A stretch of 64,000 nt of DNA. It comes from an uncultured Clostridium sp. Lineage in GTDB: Bacteria > Bacillota > Clostridia > Lachnospirales > Lachnospiraceae. This document shows positions 11,001 to 22,173 of the stretch, in pieces. Each line of letters opens with the position of its first letter. The stretch's first letter is position 1. The position numbers and the translations under genes were made by a program. The notes beneath the pieces were generated by a model that saw nothing but the letters and a program-made list of their open reading frames with translations, was not told where the DNA came from and ran no database searches. Where the stretch lies: NCBI GenBank assembly GCA_902488975.1, contig CABTYG010000003.1:48723-112722 (forward strand). The letters are read 5' to 3'.

Positions 11001-14000
11001 AATCTATTATATTCTTCAAGATCATCAACTTTTAGGGCTTCATCTCTAATCTTTTTAACTTCTGCATAATAGGCAATCATCGAAGCTATGTTGCTTTGGT
11101 CAGATGCTAATATAGCCGTGTTGCCTGATGCATTACTAGAAGAAACATATGAATCAACATCACTTTGTGAAAATCCACCACTAAACTGTTTTTCAAAAGT
11201 TTTAACAGTCTCATTTGCAAGTTCTTTATTTTTTGATACTTCTAAATCTTCTGTTATATCTTTCTGTAACAGTAATTCGGCGGTAACTTCTTTTAATTTT
11301 TCCAACTCATCTTGCTCAACAAATGTAAGATTGTCCTTTTTTGATAACTCGTCAATTCTTTTTGCAGTAGTCTCTAACTCTGAATTAATTGATTGTAGTT
11401 TTGTTTTTGTCTCTTCATAAGCAGTCTGAGTTTCTTCTAATTTTTGTTTCTGCTCTTCAAGTGTTACATTTAATTTATTATATCTAGAAAGAGCTAAAGT
11501 AATCCCACCAACAACTAAAGCAGTAGGTATCATAGTGCTTAGAGCCACTTTTAAACCACTTGCGGCAATAGTAGTCTTAGTTAATTTACTAGCTAATCCT
11601 AATATTCCATTACCAAATGAATATATTAAATTTGACTTAGTTGTTAAAAATCCAGCTAATCCAATTGCCGCCACATTAAATATTCCAATTTTATCTGTTA
11701 CCGTAACAACAATGTTTGATAAATCATAAAAAGCTTTAACCCAATCAGAATTAAGCGTATTTGATGAGAGTTGCTGAAAACTAGCATTAAGTCTATCGGC
11801 TGAATATTCGATACCTTTCATGTATGCTTCTTGTTCTCGTAAAGCACTTCCGGTAGAATTAATTGCTGTTTCTAAAGCTTTTTGTGTTTGACCAGACTGA
11901 AAAGATTGTAAAACCGCAGCAACTTGGTTACCCCTTTGTTTACCAGCGATTACTTCAAGTAAGTCAGCTTGTTGAACTTCACTGATTTCAGACCATACTT
12001 TAGAAATACCTTCAAGTATTTCATATGTAGATTTAAACTTAGTCGGGTCTAAATCATCCATTATGTTAACTGCACCCTTAGTTAAATTATATATCTGCGT
12101 TTGTATTTTACTAACAGATTCTATATTTTCATACTCTTCACCGATTTCTTGCAGCTGACCCTTCATGCCTCTTAATCGCATACTTAAAACTTTAATTGCA
12201 TTCAAATCTGTTACTTTCGTCATTTAATGACTACTGACCACATAAGATGTGGCGATAAGGACTTTCATCCTTATTCTCACGTTTCTTTTATTTTGGATTA
12301 TTGCGTGAGTTCAGACTGGATCTTCACCCTCATTCCTCTTAAAGAGAGTAGGGGAGTAGCGGAACTACTTATGTTACCATAAATAGTGTTACAGTCGTTA
12401 CGGATTCCATAGTGTTAAAGGCTTCATGGGGTGATGAAACCTATTGTAATACATTCAATTCTTTTAATGCATCAAATAAAAAATATTCCATGTTATCCTT
12501 TTCCCAATGTGGTACTATGATTAATGAAATATTTTTATCGTTGCAATATTTAATTTTTATGTTATCTCTAATTTTATTTATTTCAAATTGCTTATTAGCC
12601 CATTTTTCACCTTTACCAGCGAAATCTACTGGTCGATAATGTTGTTCTCCATTAAACTCATATGCTATATTATTTTCCAAATCAAACGCATCGAATTTTA
12701 ATTTATTTTTATATACACAATCGGTAAATGAGTGTTGATGTGTTATATTAAACCCAAAATCAGTTAATATATCATTCATTATTTTTTCTCCACTTGTTTG
12801 AGTGCATGAACTACATCCGTTTTTTCTAGATAACATACCATGCGGAGTTTGATAAAATATAGAATTATGTACTTTACATCTACATTTCAACTTTGTAAAA
12901 AAATTAGAGTATTCTTCCAAAGGATCAATTGTTGGATTCGCAATAGATAGCCTATTTAAAAACTCCTCATTTGATAAAGCGTTCAAAATATACATTCTTT
13001 TTTTTGCACACTCTGGACATCCGGCAGTCTTATTAAGTAAGTTATACGGTACAGAGTGCCACTCATGCCCATCATTTTTACACTTACATTTAATTTTAGT
13101 ACTATTATTGACATATTTACCTATGATCTCAATATCAGGGTTGACAATACTCATTTCATTAATGAATTCGACGATAGTTTTTTTGCGTTTAATTCTTCGA
13201 CTATTTTCTCCACACACTGGACAACCATTGCCATAAAGTAAACTTCTCCCGATAGGACTCCATTCATTCCCATCTATTTTACATCTGCACAAAATAGGGA
13301 ATTCCGATCCTTTGTATTCTCCAATAACCTCAATCATAGGAGATATAAGGTGCAACTCTTTTTTAAAATCCATTGTAGATTTATTTTTACCGCAACAATA
13401 TTTGCAAATCTTAGTTGCGGATTTAAAATGCGACCAAGATATTTGCTGAACTCCTTTATCTTGATGTCTTTGACATATAAAATTTATCAAAGTGCCTATT
13501 TTGGGTCTTTTACTTAAACCAACAAAAGTCATATTTTTGTCATTACACTTATTTTCAATAAAATTTAAATTTGGCAACTCACGTTTTATTTATATCAACC
13601 CCCGTACAATGTTTTTATTCTGTAGCAATATATTTGTGTTACCCCTAACACATTTTTTTAACACTATGGTCTTTCCTCGGTCTTATCATTCCCATGACTT
13701 TAACCGATATAGCTACTTGCTTAGCAACATATTACTATGCTACTTGGGCATACATTTTACCCATTTCAGATGCATTTTGAGTGATTTCAGCACCACCGGT
13801 GAGCAAAGCAATTGTTTCATTTAAATCATTCCCAGCTAATGCTAAAGCAGATGCTGAATTAGACAACCCTTCTCCAATACCCGCAGCTGACACACTGAAT
13901 TTATTATCAACTTCATTCAGAGCATCTACGATAGTAATTGCCTTTGATGCTTCGATATTAAATGCTTTCATTGGGGTAATAATATCTGAAACGCTTCTAG

Positions 14001-14820
14001 CTACGTCAACTTCAGCTACATTTTGAAATATTGTACTTATTTCAGCGAGAGCAGAACTATCTTTTAAGCCATATCCAGCTCTTGCCCAATCAGCAGTCAT
14101 TTCTATAATATCACTTATACTAGCACCCAAGTTTTTTGCGGAATTAGCTGCTGTATTTAGAAACTTTCTATATGTAGACTCCGTTTCGTCGGTTACTTTT
14201 CGTAAACTTATCATTGCTTTATCTAAGTTTTTAACTTCAGTAACCATGTTGCGGAATAGGTTAATTCCACTCATTACAATCGTGGCAGATCCTAAAAATC
14301 CAACAAACTGTTTTACATTCTTACCTAGCTTAGTAAACACACTGTCTCCAGTTTGACCAAGAGCTTTTGCTTTACTTGTAATATTCCTAAATTCTTTTTT
14401 TAAATCTTTAAGCTGTATTGAATCAGCGTCCTCAACTCTATTTTTAACATCAATTAGACTAACCGATAATTCGTTACTTAGTTTGGTGTTGTTTTTTAGG
14501 AATGAATTGATGTTGTTAGTAAGTCCAGTTTTATCTAAATCAAGAGTTATACTTTTTTGATATTGATTTTTTAAACCTTCATATTCTTTTTTGACGTTTT
14601 TAATACTTTGTAAAGCAGTCTTATCATTGATGTCTATGTTAAGATCTGTTTTTATCTGATTTTTAACAATGTTAATTTCCTTACGCAATTGCTCATTGTT
14701 CATATGTAATTCAATTGCAGCTTTAACTCTAGCATCCTTAATTTTTTTATTGATCTGATTTTGTACGTCATTTTGAGAAGAATCAACTTGCACTCCAAGA
14801 CGTGCTATAAAATTATCCAC
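8027..14820 (-). CDS. tail tape measure protein, two exons (14820-13759 and 12202-8027), about 1745 aa spliced
   Basis: GTG at 14820 after AAGGAGTG RBS; joining the exons gives in-frame EMG|NAIKVLSMRLRG, resembling the conserved tape measure GNALK...RLRG motif; long coiled-coil protein. Confidence 0.9.
12203..13758 (-). ncRNA. group I intron in tape measure gene
   Basis: Exon ends in U; P1 GGGU/GCCC with U.G; P10 UGUAU/AUGCA; P3 AGUAGC/GCUACU; R AAUCCGUAACGACU and S AAGAUCCAGUCU form P7; terminal omega-G at 12203; ORF looped out by CCAUAGUGUUAAA/UUUAACACUAUGG. Confidence 0.92.
12441..13577 (-). CDS. intron-encoded homing endonuclease, Zn-ribbon repeats plus Vsr/EDxHD-like PD-(D/E)XK nuclease
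   Basis: Repeated CxC...GCPxC units; C-terminal LKFDAF...AYEFNGEQHY; lies inside the intron. Confidence 0.8.
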   Translation of the reverse strand: MPNLNFIENKCNDKNMTFVGLSKRPKIGTLINFICQRHQDKGVQQISWSHFKSATKICKYCCGKNKSTMDFKKELHLISPMIEVIGEYKGSEFPILCRCKIDGNEWSPIGRSLLYGNGCPVCGENSRRIKRKKTIVEFINEMSIVNPDIEIIGKYVNNSTKIKCKCKNDGHEWHSVPYNLLNKTAGCPECAKKRMYILNALSNEEFLNRLSIANPTIDPLEEYSNFFTKLKCRCKVHNSIFYQTPHGMLSRKNGCSSCTQTSGEKIMNDILTDFGFNITHQHSFTDCVYKNKLKFDAFDLENNIAYEFNGEQHYRPVDFAGKGEKWANKQFEINKIRDNIKIKYCNDKNISLIIVPHWEKDNMEYFLFDALKELNVLQ

Positions 14821-14939
14821 TAATAAATCACTCCTTTCTAAAAATAGGCATAAAAAAGACACCCCTAGCAAGGAGTGTTAATAGTTTCATATATAATAAA
14901 AGCCACCCTAAGACGAGTGGCTTAAATTTTCAACAATAT

Positions 14940-15290
14940 TTAATAATGTATTCGTATGTATCCGCTATATGTTTCAGCGATTAGTGTGATAGTGATAGCA
15001 TCCATAATAGTATGAAATGTTATCATTTCAATATGTGGTGCAAATAAAGTATCTATATGTTTCATAATATATGTATCATCTTTTTCAGAATCAACTAAAA
15101 ATGCAGGTCTGAACAATGTTTCTTGTTCATATTCTAATTGTAGATTGTTTAATATGTATACAACTGGTTCGCTGTCACTAAACCATTCGATAATTCTATA
15201 TTCATTTATAGAATATTTTTTATTTCTATCATCTAAGAATTTTATTAATCTCTTTATTGAACCATCGCAAGGAACTTCAATATTATGCAT
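14940..15290 (-). CDS. hypothetical protein
   Basis: ORF overlapping the upstream stop, GGAGG RBS. Confidence 0.6.
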   Translation of the reverse strand: MHNIEVPCDGSIKRLIKFLDDRNKKYSINEYRIIEWFSDSEPVVYILNNLQLEYEQETLFRPAFLVDSEKDDTYIMKHIDTLFAPHIEMITFHTIMDAITITLIAETYSGYIRIHY

Positions 15291-16200
15291 TTACAGGCAC
15301 CTCCTGTACTACTAAGTCGCAGAACATTTCAGAAGGTTCTTGTCCATAATATTTGCATAAAGCTGAGAAACTTTTGATTACACAGTTCCATTCGGCTTCA
15401 CTGACATATTGAATCCAAGGTTGTTTCCCTCTTGCTTTTAAATTAATATGATATTTGTTATGCAATTGTTTATATAATTCATTCCACAATTGTCCGTACT
15501 GAATATGAGCTTTTTGTGCTAGTTTTCTTACTGCAAAATTAATACGACTTCGATCTTCCCATTCTAGGATTCCGTTTGCGAGAGCAGTATTAGTTTGATT
15601 AAGCTTTTCAATATGTCTGTTTTTAAATGCCATCATATTGGTTGTGGCCATCATAATAGCAGTAGGATTACCAGAGGCGAAAGCCATACCTACTTCAAGC
15701 ATTAATTTTTGTTCTTCATTGATGTCTTGTGTTTTGGTTTCTACTGAAGTTTTTTCTTCGATATTAAGTAATTGTGTACGAATTTCTTTAGCAACTTCAG
15801 AGTCTCTTAATAGCATACCGATACGAAGAATGGCTCTACGTGAGATAAATAAATTTGATTTATTTGAAAATTTGATACCTTCGATTTCAAAATAACCCCT
15901 AAAGTTAGTAGGTTTCATATTGAAACTTCCTAAATATTCTTTTGTTTCTTTGCTGTTCATGGTTTTCATTCCGTCAGAAACAAGCTCATCCGTATGTCTA
16001 CTTATGACTGTCTTAATCGATTCATCTACAACATTGTAAAATTCAGCCACTTGTTTAACAGTGGCATACTCTGTTTTGGGAATTAGCAACAATGCTTTTA
16101 CTTTGTCTAATACATCAACCCGTTCCGATAATTTGTTTCTCAACTCCCTATTTTCTAATAAATCTTTTGAAATGTTTGCCTCTAAATTTTTCATATCCAT
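15283..16200 (-). CDS. phage antirepressor-like DNA-binding protein
   Basis: YATVKQVAEFY...RRAILRIGMLLRDSEVAKEIRTQLL pattern typical of phage antirepressor-like proteins; AGGAGG RBS. Confidence 0.6.
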   Translation of the reverse strand: MDMKNLEANISKDLLENRELRNKLSERVDVLDKVKALLLIPKTEYATVKQVAEFYNVVDESIKTVISRHTDELVSDGMKTMNSKETKEYLGSFNMKPTNFRGYFEIEGIKFSNKSNLFISRRAILRIGMLLRDSEVAKEIRTQLLNIEEKTSVETKTQDINEEQKLMLEVGMAFASGNPTAIMMATTNMMAFKNRHIEKLNQTNTALANGILEWEDRSRINFAVRKLAQKAHIQYGQLWNELYKQLHNKYHINLKARGKQPWIQYVSEAEWNCVIKSFSALCKYYGQEPSEMFCDLVVQEVPVNA

Positions 16201-16315
16201 TTCCTCCTAAAATATAATTGATAATATTTTAGAAGTATGATAATATATTGATGTAAGATGTAATTCTTATGTATAGACAATCCTTCTGACCGTCCAAAGT
16301 AGTAGGGTTGTCTTT

Positions 16316-16516
16316 TTATTTATTACCTTTTAACCGATCTCCAATTTTCTCAATAGCTTCTTCGCTGAATAAATAATTTCTTTTTCCAGCTTCTCGCATC
16401 TCAGTCTCATTGAGTTTTAATGATTGAGCTACTCGAATTATATAGCTAGGAGTCATGTCAAATTTTTCTGCAACTTCCTTGGTAATAAACACTTTTCTCA
16501 CATCAGCCATATTCAT
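16316..16516 (-). CDS. small HTH DNA-binding protein
   Basis: ITKEVAEKFDMTPSYIIR HTH pattern; AGGAGG RBS; inverted repeat CTTGTTACA..TGTAACAAG at 16522-16553 upstream. Confidence 0.6.
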   Translation of the reverse strand: MNMADVRKVFITKEVAEKFDMTPSYIIRVAQSLKLNETEMREAGKRNYLFSEEAIEKIGDRLKGNK

Positions 16517-16714
16517 ACCTCCTTGTTACAATGTTTATCTTATCATGTAACAAGTCAATACAGTTATGAAAATATTTCCTGTTAAGCAAGAATAGAATGG
16601 CTGTTTTATAACTATACATTTTATAAACCATACATGCTACAGCATATACATTCTCCAACCTATATTGTCAATTATTACAAAATCTAATATAATTGCTAGG
16701 AGGAGAGTGTATGT

Positions 16715-16918
16715 ATGCTTGTAACTATTGATGCGGTATTACAACAAAAAGATAAAACTAGATATTGGTTGTCACAAAAAACCAAGATTAATTATCAAAA
16801 TTTAGCAAAGTTGTGCAATGGAGAAACAAAATCAATAAGTTTTGATTATATTGATAAAATATGTAATGCTCTTGAATGCAAACCAAACGATATTTTTGAA
16901 ATTACGATTGATGATTAA
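16715..16918 (+). CDS. XRE/Cro-like HTH regulator (HTH_26/YozG-like)
   Basis: TRYWLSQKTKINYQNLAKL...IDKICNALECKPNDIF. Confidence 0.8.
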   Translation: MLVTIDAVLQQKDKTRYWLSQKTKINYQNLAKLCNGETKSISFDYIDKICNALECKPNDIFEITIDD

Positions 16919-17246
16919 CACTCTCGATAATTATTATCCCATTACTTAAAATTAGGTGATATACATAATCACCTCCATCTAACACTTTGTGTATTCGTAT
17001 TAGTCTTTTTCTTAAGAAAGACAGGAGCGAATACGCATTATTTCTAATACAATCATTTAAGTCACTAGCCCAAATAACATCATCTTCTTGGTCAATAGTC
17101 AAATCCTCTACATAATATGTAACTGTTCCCCCGTTAAATACTTCTGTGATTTTAAATGTAAAATTACAAGATCCCCATTTGATGAATTCTATTTCTTCCG
17201 AAAGTTCCTCGATTGTTAATATGCTAGTCTTTAAATTCATCCACAT
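16902..17246 (-). CDS. hypothetical protein
   Basis: ORF track, AGGAGG RBS. Confidence 0.5.
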   Translation of the reverse strand: MWMNLKTSILTIEELSEEIEFIKWGSCNFTFKITEVFNGGTVTYYVEDLTIDQEDDVIWASDLNDCIRNNAYSLLSFLRKRLIRIHKVLDGGDYVYHLILSNGIIIIESVNHQS

Positions 17247-17478
17247 TCCCTCCTAAATACCAAGTCTTTTTGTGTTGCCTCCAGTCTAAATAAAAAACTT
17301 CGTTTACATCCATTTTAAGTCCTCGTGCAATTAAAAGCATAGTTGTTTGCGATGGTAGAGAATACCCGTTTTCAATTCTGCTAATTGTGGAATGGTCTAT
17401 TCCTGTGATTCGCTCAAGATCTCTTAATGTTAGCCCTTTTTGTTCTCTAATTTTTTTGATTTTATTCAACTCAGTCAT
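17224..17478 (-). CDS. XRE-family HTH regulator
   Basis: IREQKGLTLRDLERITGIDHSTISRIENG. Confidence 0.85.
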   Translation of the reverse strand: MTELNKIKKIREQKGLTLRDLERITGIDHSTISRIENGYSLPSQTTMLLIARGLKMDVNEVFYLDWRQHKKTWYLGGNVDEFKD

Positions 17479-17716
17479 AAAAACACCTTTTTAAATCGTG
17501 TAAATTATTGAGGAATTTTGTCAATTATTAGTGGCTTGGGTATATATTACTATATATCTTGGTGCATATGTGCAACAAATAGAATAAATATCGCAAATAT
17601 CGACAAAATACAACAGGTTTATTATAGGATTGAAGAATGAATATTGGCAATGGTATGAATTGGTAAGACTGGGGGAATGTGGGGGGGAGGTGGGAGAGTG
17701 TTAGTCTATAAATAAA

Positions 17717-18772
17717 CTACATATTATCTTCTTGATTTGTTTCCTTGTTTTTATTTCTAAGAGCATTAATTTTGTCACGCACCTCAGATTTTGACTTTGG
17801 TCGAATATAGGCCTGTCTCGTAGTCTCAGTACTTTTGTGATTTCCAAGTTCGGCAGCAAGAGATAAATCCCCTGTTTCTTCATACACATTGTTTAACTTT
17901 GATTTCCTAACACAATGGGCACGAAAATCGTCTATTCCAACAATCTTACCGATTTTCTGCATACGTCTATGAATAGTATTTCTCGTCATTGGATTATATG
18001 TTTTATCATAATAAGTAATTAACAATGAATCAATCTCAAGTTTGTCATATTCATCTTTCCTCATTTCCAGCCATTCAGAGATTAGTTCTTTAGCGCGTTC
18101 TTCAAAAATTACTTCAACCATATATCCTCTTTTTTCTCGTATATCTTCAAAAAGCATATCATCCAAATTAAGAGAAGAGAGTGTTAATTTTTCTAAGGCT
18201 CCTATCCTATTTGCAGAATCATAAGCCACTTCGAATAATATTTGATCTTGTATGTCGTACTGGTCATTTGTTGACAGTTCTAATCGTATTGTTTTAACTT
18301 GCTCCGGTGTAAGATAATATGAATTCAGTATCTTTTCTTCTTGAGCACCCTTCATTCTGTCTAGTTTTTTATCAAATGGGTGGGCATTGACAAATCCTCG
18401 TTTCATTGACCATATGTAGAATGTGCTTACAGATGAGAGCTTTGTGTTTATAACTTTCTTATGATTCATAAGAGTATCTTGACAGAAGGCTATATAGTCT
18501 TCCATTATGTCTACTGCATTTTCCATAAATTCTTCAGAATAAATGTCGATGTTATCATGTTTCTCTGCTAAAAATGCAAGCCAGTGCATAAAGAAGTTTT
18601 TATAAGTTTTATAAGTGGTCTCTTTAACGTCCTTGTTCTTTATGATATTTGACTGCAAATATTTATCATAGTACTTCTTATTCTTTGGACAGATTTTATC
18701 CAGCTTATCTTTAGTAAAATATCTAACTTTTGTAACTTTAGCCATTAAATCACTTCCTTTCTTTAGTTGCAT
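17717..18772 (-). CDS. tyrosine recombinase (YomM-like position in the late operon)
   Basis: Catalytic set ANRIGAL (R), EKRG (K), HCVRK (HxxR), GNHKS, AYI (Y); likely start MAKVTK. Confidence 0.88.
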   Translation of the reverse strand: MQLKKGSDLMAKVTKVRYFTKDKLDKICPKNKKYYDKYLQSNIIKNKDVKETTYKTYKNFFMHWLAFLAEKHDNIDIYSEEFMENAVDIMEDYIAFCQDTLMNHKKVINTKLSSVSTFYIWSMKRGFVNAHPFDKKLDRMKGAQEEKILNSYYLTPEQVKTIRLELSTNDQYDIQDQILFEVAYDSANRIGALEKLTLSSLNLDDMLFEDIREKRGYMVEVIFEERAKELISEWLEMRKDEYDKLEIDSLLITYYDKTYNPMTRNTIHRRMQKIGKIVGIDDFRAHCVRKSKLNNVYEETGDLSLAAELGNHKSTETTRQAYIRPKSKSEVRDKINALRNKNKETNQEDNM

Positions 18773-18833
18773 AACAAAAAGAGATAGGAGAGTAGTTAAC
18801 TCCCTATCCCTATGAAATCTTACTTCTATTCAT

Positions 18834-19328
18834 TTAAACAATATTTAATCCGGCACGTTTAAGATGTCTTACAAGTTCATTAATTATATAGTTTGACTTA
18901 TTAAATATCTCCATAGAATCAGACCAGAAATGTATCTGCGAAGTTATATCTCTCGGAGTCTCATATACACCATTGTTCATGGCTACGCTACTATGGAAAC
19001 CATCATTTATCATGTTCAAAACTTCAAGTCCATCATGGGCATAATAATCCAACTGTTCTTGATCAATGTAAACTTCACAATAATATAAGTCACCACTCTT
19101 TTTAATTTCACTTTTAACTAAACTGTTGAAAAAAGTAAAAGTTCTTTCATAGACAATTGGGCGATTTGTCATAGTTGTACCATCAAAGAAAACTTTTTCA
19201 TCATAATATTGTCTTATAAAATCTTGAATTACTTTATAAACTGTTTGTTGTGTTTGCTTTAAGGCATATGTAATTCGTTTATCTAAGTGTTTCTGTATTT
19301 CTTTGAAGTTTTTAACATATGTAGCCAT
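18834..19328 (-). CDS. putative tail completion/neck protein
   Basis: YERT motif and position in tail module. Confidence 0.45.
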   Translation of the reverse strand: MATYVKNFKEIQKHLDKRITYALKQTQQTVYKVIQDFIRQYYDEKVFFDGTTMTNRPIVYERTFTFFNSLVKSEIKKSGDLYYCEVYIDQEQLDYYAHDGLEVLNMINDGFHSSVAMNNGVYETPRDITSQIHFWSDSMEIFNKSNYIINELVRHLKRAGLNIV

Positions 19329-19903
19329 TATTGTACCTTCAATGTCGCAGTAGCTAACTTATTCTTTGTTTCCTTCAGCTCCTTAGATAATTGAGCAATA
19401 GTTTCATATCTAACGCCTTCTCCAATGCCTGAAGTCTGATAAGCCTTAACTAATTCTTTAACGTTTAATTTCTTAGCAATTTTCTCAAAAGTTTTAACGT
19501 CCAGTTCTGCCAATTTAGAGTTTGCTGTTTCCAATAAATTATTAAAAGTTTTAAACATATCATCTAATTCAGATTTAGGCTGTAATAGCTTTGCCTTCCT
19601 AAATTCAACTTTATTAGATATGGCAATCTCAATTGATCGCCACTGATCTTTATTTATTTCATCAAGATATCCATAAATATCTACATTCATATAAACATTG
19701 TAAGCTTCATCGAAATCTTCACTTAATTCCAGCCCTAGATATTTCTCACAGAACGCAGCATTCAATGATACTTCTTTATATTCAGGAACATAATCCACAT
19801 CATTTCCTTCGTCATCTTTAATAAAACAAATATCAACGGCATTATTTACAACTTCCGTCATCTCGCCTAATGATAAGAACTTTTTCTTAACTTCATATTT
19901 CAT
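19328..19903 (-). CDS. hypothetical phage protein (possible tail assembly chaperone)
   Basis: ORF with GGAGG RBS, coupled to the next gene. Confidence 0.5.
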   Translation of the reverse strand: MKYEVKKKFLSLGEMTEVVNNAVDICFIKDDEGNDVDYVPEYKEVSLNAAFCEKYLGLELSEDFDEAYNVYMNVDIYGYLDEINKDQWRSIEIAISNKVEFRKAKLLQPKSELDDMFKTFNNLLETANSKLAELDVKTFEKIAKKLNVKELVKAYQTSGIGEGVRYETIAQLSKELKETKNKLATATLKVQ

Positions 19904-19918
19904 ATATAAATCCTCCGA

Positions 19919-20503
19919 TTATTTTATTGTTTTATATTTTTCACATTTTCCATCACTAATTTCTTCTTGAATTCGACCTTCAATTGCTTTACTTAAAATA
20001 GTGCAATTTCTTTTATATCTAGTACACGATTCGCACTTAGACTTGAATTCATCAAGATGGTCAACTGTTTTAAAAATTCCAATATAGTCAACTGGTCGAA
20101 TAGTAATTTCAATTCTTGGATTTTTCGTGTCATAATATATAGCATGAACACGCTCACAAGTAGTATTGTCATCCAACCATATTAGTTGTGTTTCCGTTAT
20201 CGCATCCAAAGGTAATTTAAAATAATTATTTGGATCTTGGTCAATTCGTTCAAAATAAAAAACACAGTCAATATAGAAATGCTGTGTTTTATTTGGAGTG
20301 TGAGAGTAGTTTTGCAATTTAACTTGCTCCTCAACATATTTCTTAAATTGTTTTTTGTAAGCCTTTGCATCGGCAGTCTCATACATTGTTACATTCGCAA
20401 TTGGGGTTTTGCCTTTCCATGTAATAAAACTTCTGGGCTTTATGTAATGATTCACAGAAACTGGAATCGGACTAACTAATTTTAATTCGTTAATAAATTT
20501 CAC
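19919..20503 (-). CDS. rusA: RusA-family Holliday junction resolvase
   Basis: PVSVNHY...DPNNYFKLPLDAI...DD...PRIEITI. Confidence 0.8.
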   Translation of the reverse strand: MKFINELKLVSPIPVSVNHYIKPRSFITWKGKTPIANVTMYETADAKAYKKQFKKYVEEQVKLQNYSHTPNKTQHFYIDCVFYFERIDQDPNNYFKLPLDAITETQLIWLDDNTTCERVHAIYYDTKNPRIEITIRPVDYIGIFKTVDHLDEFKSKCESCTRYKRNCTILSKAIEGRIQEEISDGKCEKYKTIK

Positions 20504-20507
20504 TCCT

Positions 20508-20708
20508 TTAGTTTACTTTTCTAAAAAATGAATTTGTCATATCGATACTCATTCCACAAACCAAATCATCTACTTTACGCACCGCATCGCCATCACATTC
20601 CGTACATTTAATCGTTGCCTTATATTCTGACATCCTACAGAATCTATTAATCTCTTTACCGCACGTTTCATTCGTGCATTTATATTTATAAATAGGGATA
20701 TTTATCAT
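20508..20708 (-). CDS. FmdB-like zinc-ribbon protein
   Basis: PIYKYKC...CG...CTECDG. Confidence 0.65.
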   Translation of the reverse strand: MINIPIYKYKCTNETCGKEINRFCRMSEYKATIKCTECDGDAVRKVDDLVCGMSIDMTNSFFRKVN

Positions 20709-20745
20709 TCCTTTCTAATATAGAAGTTGTATTTTATTCAATTTA

Positions 20746-20946
20746 TTAAAGTTCACGTTTACACCACGAATCGAAATACGACTTAGATTCCGCTCTGTCA
20801 AACACAAATATGATTCTATCTGTATATATAATGTCAATTGGCATTAATTTATTAGCCATATATTTATAGGCTTGTAACTGGTTAGGGATTTTCACACATT
20901 CTTCGTCGTTATATTCATTGCCGTTTAATTTACTTTTTACTACCAT
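20746..20946 (-). CDS. small phage protein (DUF5659-like)
   Basis: ORF with RBS; QAYKYM...IFVFDR...W pattern. Confidence 0.5.
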   Translation of the reverse strand: MVVKSKLNGNEYNDEECVKIPNQLQAYKYMANKLMPIDIIYTDRIIFVFDRAESKSYFDSWCKREL

Positions 20947-21020
20947 TACTTATCCTTTCTATATGCGTAAAAAAAATGGGATACACAAACCACTTAAATT
21001 AGTGATAAGCATATCCCATA

Positions 21021-21278
21021 TTATTCAAGCGCTTCACTAATTTTAGCACGTTTCTTTTTATTTGAAGTTGTAGCGATATCTACAGTTTCATCTTTATTTT
21101 CAAATGTAACAGTTTCTTCTTTTTCTTTTCTAGCTTCATTTACAGCGTTAACATATTCAACAAAATGTTCTGGAGAGCAAGCAATTGATTTCCAGTGATT
21201 TATTTCACCACACGTTTTGCATGAATAATACGATTTACCACAAACTTTACATTCAGTATTTGGGTTTCTTGTGCTCAT
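21021..21278 (-). CDS. Cys-rich hypothetical protein
   Basis: CKVCGKSYYSCKTC...CSPEH; GAGG RBS. Confidence 0.6.
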   Translation of the reverse strand: MSTRNPNTECKVCGKSYYSCKTCGEINHWKSIACSPEHFVEYVNAVNEARKEKEETVTFENKDETVDIATTSNKKKRAKISEALE

Positions 21279-21341
21279 TGTTCCTCCTTAAAGTAGTAGA
21301 GTAGACTCAACGCCTACTCTACATCAATTAGACATATTCAA

Positions 21342-22142
21342 TTAATCATTAGATACATCTTCGAGATTATATCTTCTAAGCTTCCATAATGACTTGCTTC
21401 CACAAGAAGTAGTTGCTTCGATATTAATGTTTTGAACGGCGGCCTGATCACCAAAACTCAAGTCGATTTCACCAGAGATTTTTCCAGATTCCAAATATAG
21501 CTGTAATGGAACATCTTTTTTAGTACAAATATCTGTGAACCAACAATCCACATAAACAACTCCAGTATCAGAGAATTTATCAGTGTCATTTGACATTTCT
21601 TCATATTTCGTAAATTTAGGGTGGTATTCCACATAGAACTTAGTACCAACTGGTGCTTTGCCAGTTGAAAAACTAATTGTTTTTGTTGCAGGGGCATATG
21701 CAAATTTATCTACCGACGCAGTTGCCGCTTGAGTTAATTTATTTGCTCTATCCGGAGCCCCAGTTTCATCAACTGGATAAACAAATGCTATTTCATTACC
21801 TGTAGCACCATGAGCTTTATGTGTTGTAATTAGGGTATCAGCTGTTTTAACAGTTAATGTTTCCGTAAATAACACTCCTGTGCCATTTGTTATGGTTTTC
21901 ATTGAATCGCCAGTCTGTAATGACAGATATCCTTCATCAATAGCACCGTTAGTAGCATTCAATGCTGATACTTTATTAACATCAAAACCTACCAAGTGAG
22001 CACCGTCAGCACCATCTGCCCACACAACCTCAGCAGAACCAGTCAACTGAATATTTTTTAATTCATCTAAAACAGCCTTATTTTCTAATGTTGCTGGATC
22101 TTGAATAGTTATTTTTCTTACTTTTTTTAATGCATATTTCAT
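21342..22142 (-). CDS. major tail tube protein
   Basis: Size, position after head-tail genes, strong AGGAGG RBS, downstream hairpin. Confidence 0.65.
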   Translation of the reverse strand: MKYALKKVRKITIQDPATLENKAVLDELKNIQLTGSAEVVWADGADGAHLVGFDVNKVSALNATNGAIDEGYLSLQTGDSMKTITNGTGVLFTETLTVKTADTLITTHKAHGATGNEIAFVYPVDETGAPDRANKLTQAATASVDKFAYAPATKTISFSTGKAPVGTKFYVEYHPKFTKYEEMSNDTDKFSDTGVVYVDCWFTDICTKKDVPLQLYLESGKISGEIDLSFGDQAAVQNINIEATTSCGSKSLWKLRRYNLEDVSND

Positions 22143-22173
22143 TGTCCATCCTCCTTTAAATAAAAATAACTGG

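Noticed and set aside
17670..17700. G-rich tract as a G-quadruplex or phase-variable site
   Set aside because: Single occurrence with irregular G-runs and no supporting context
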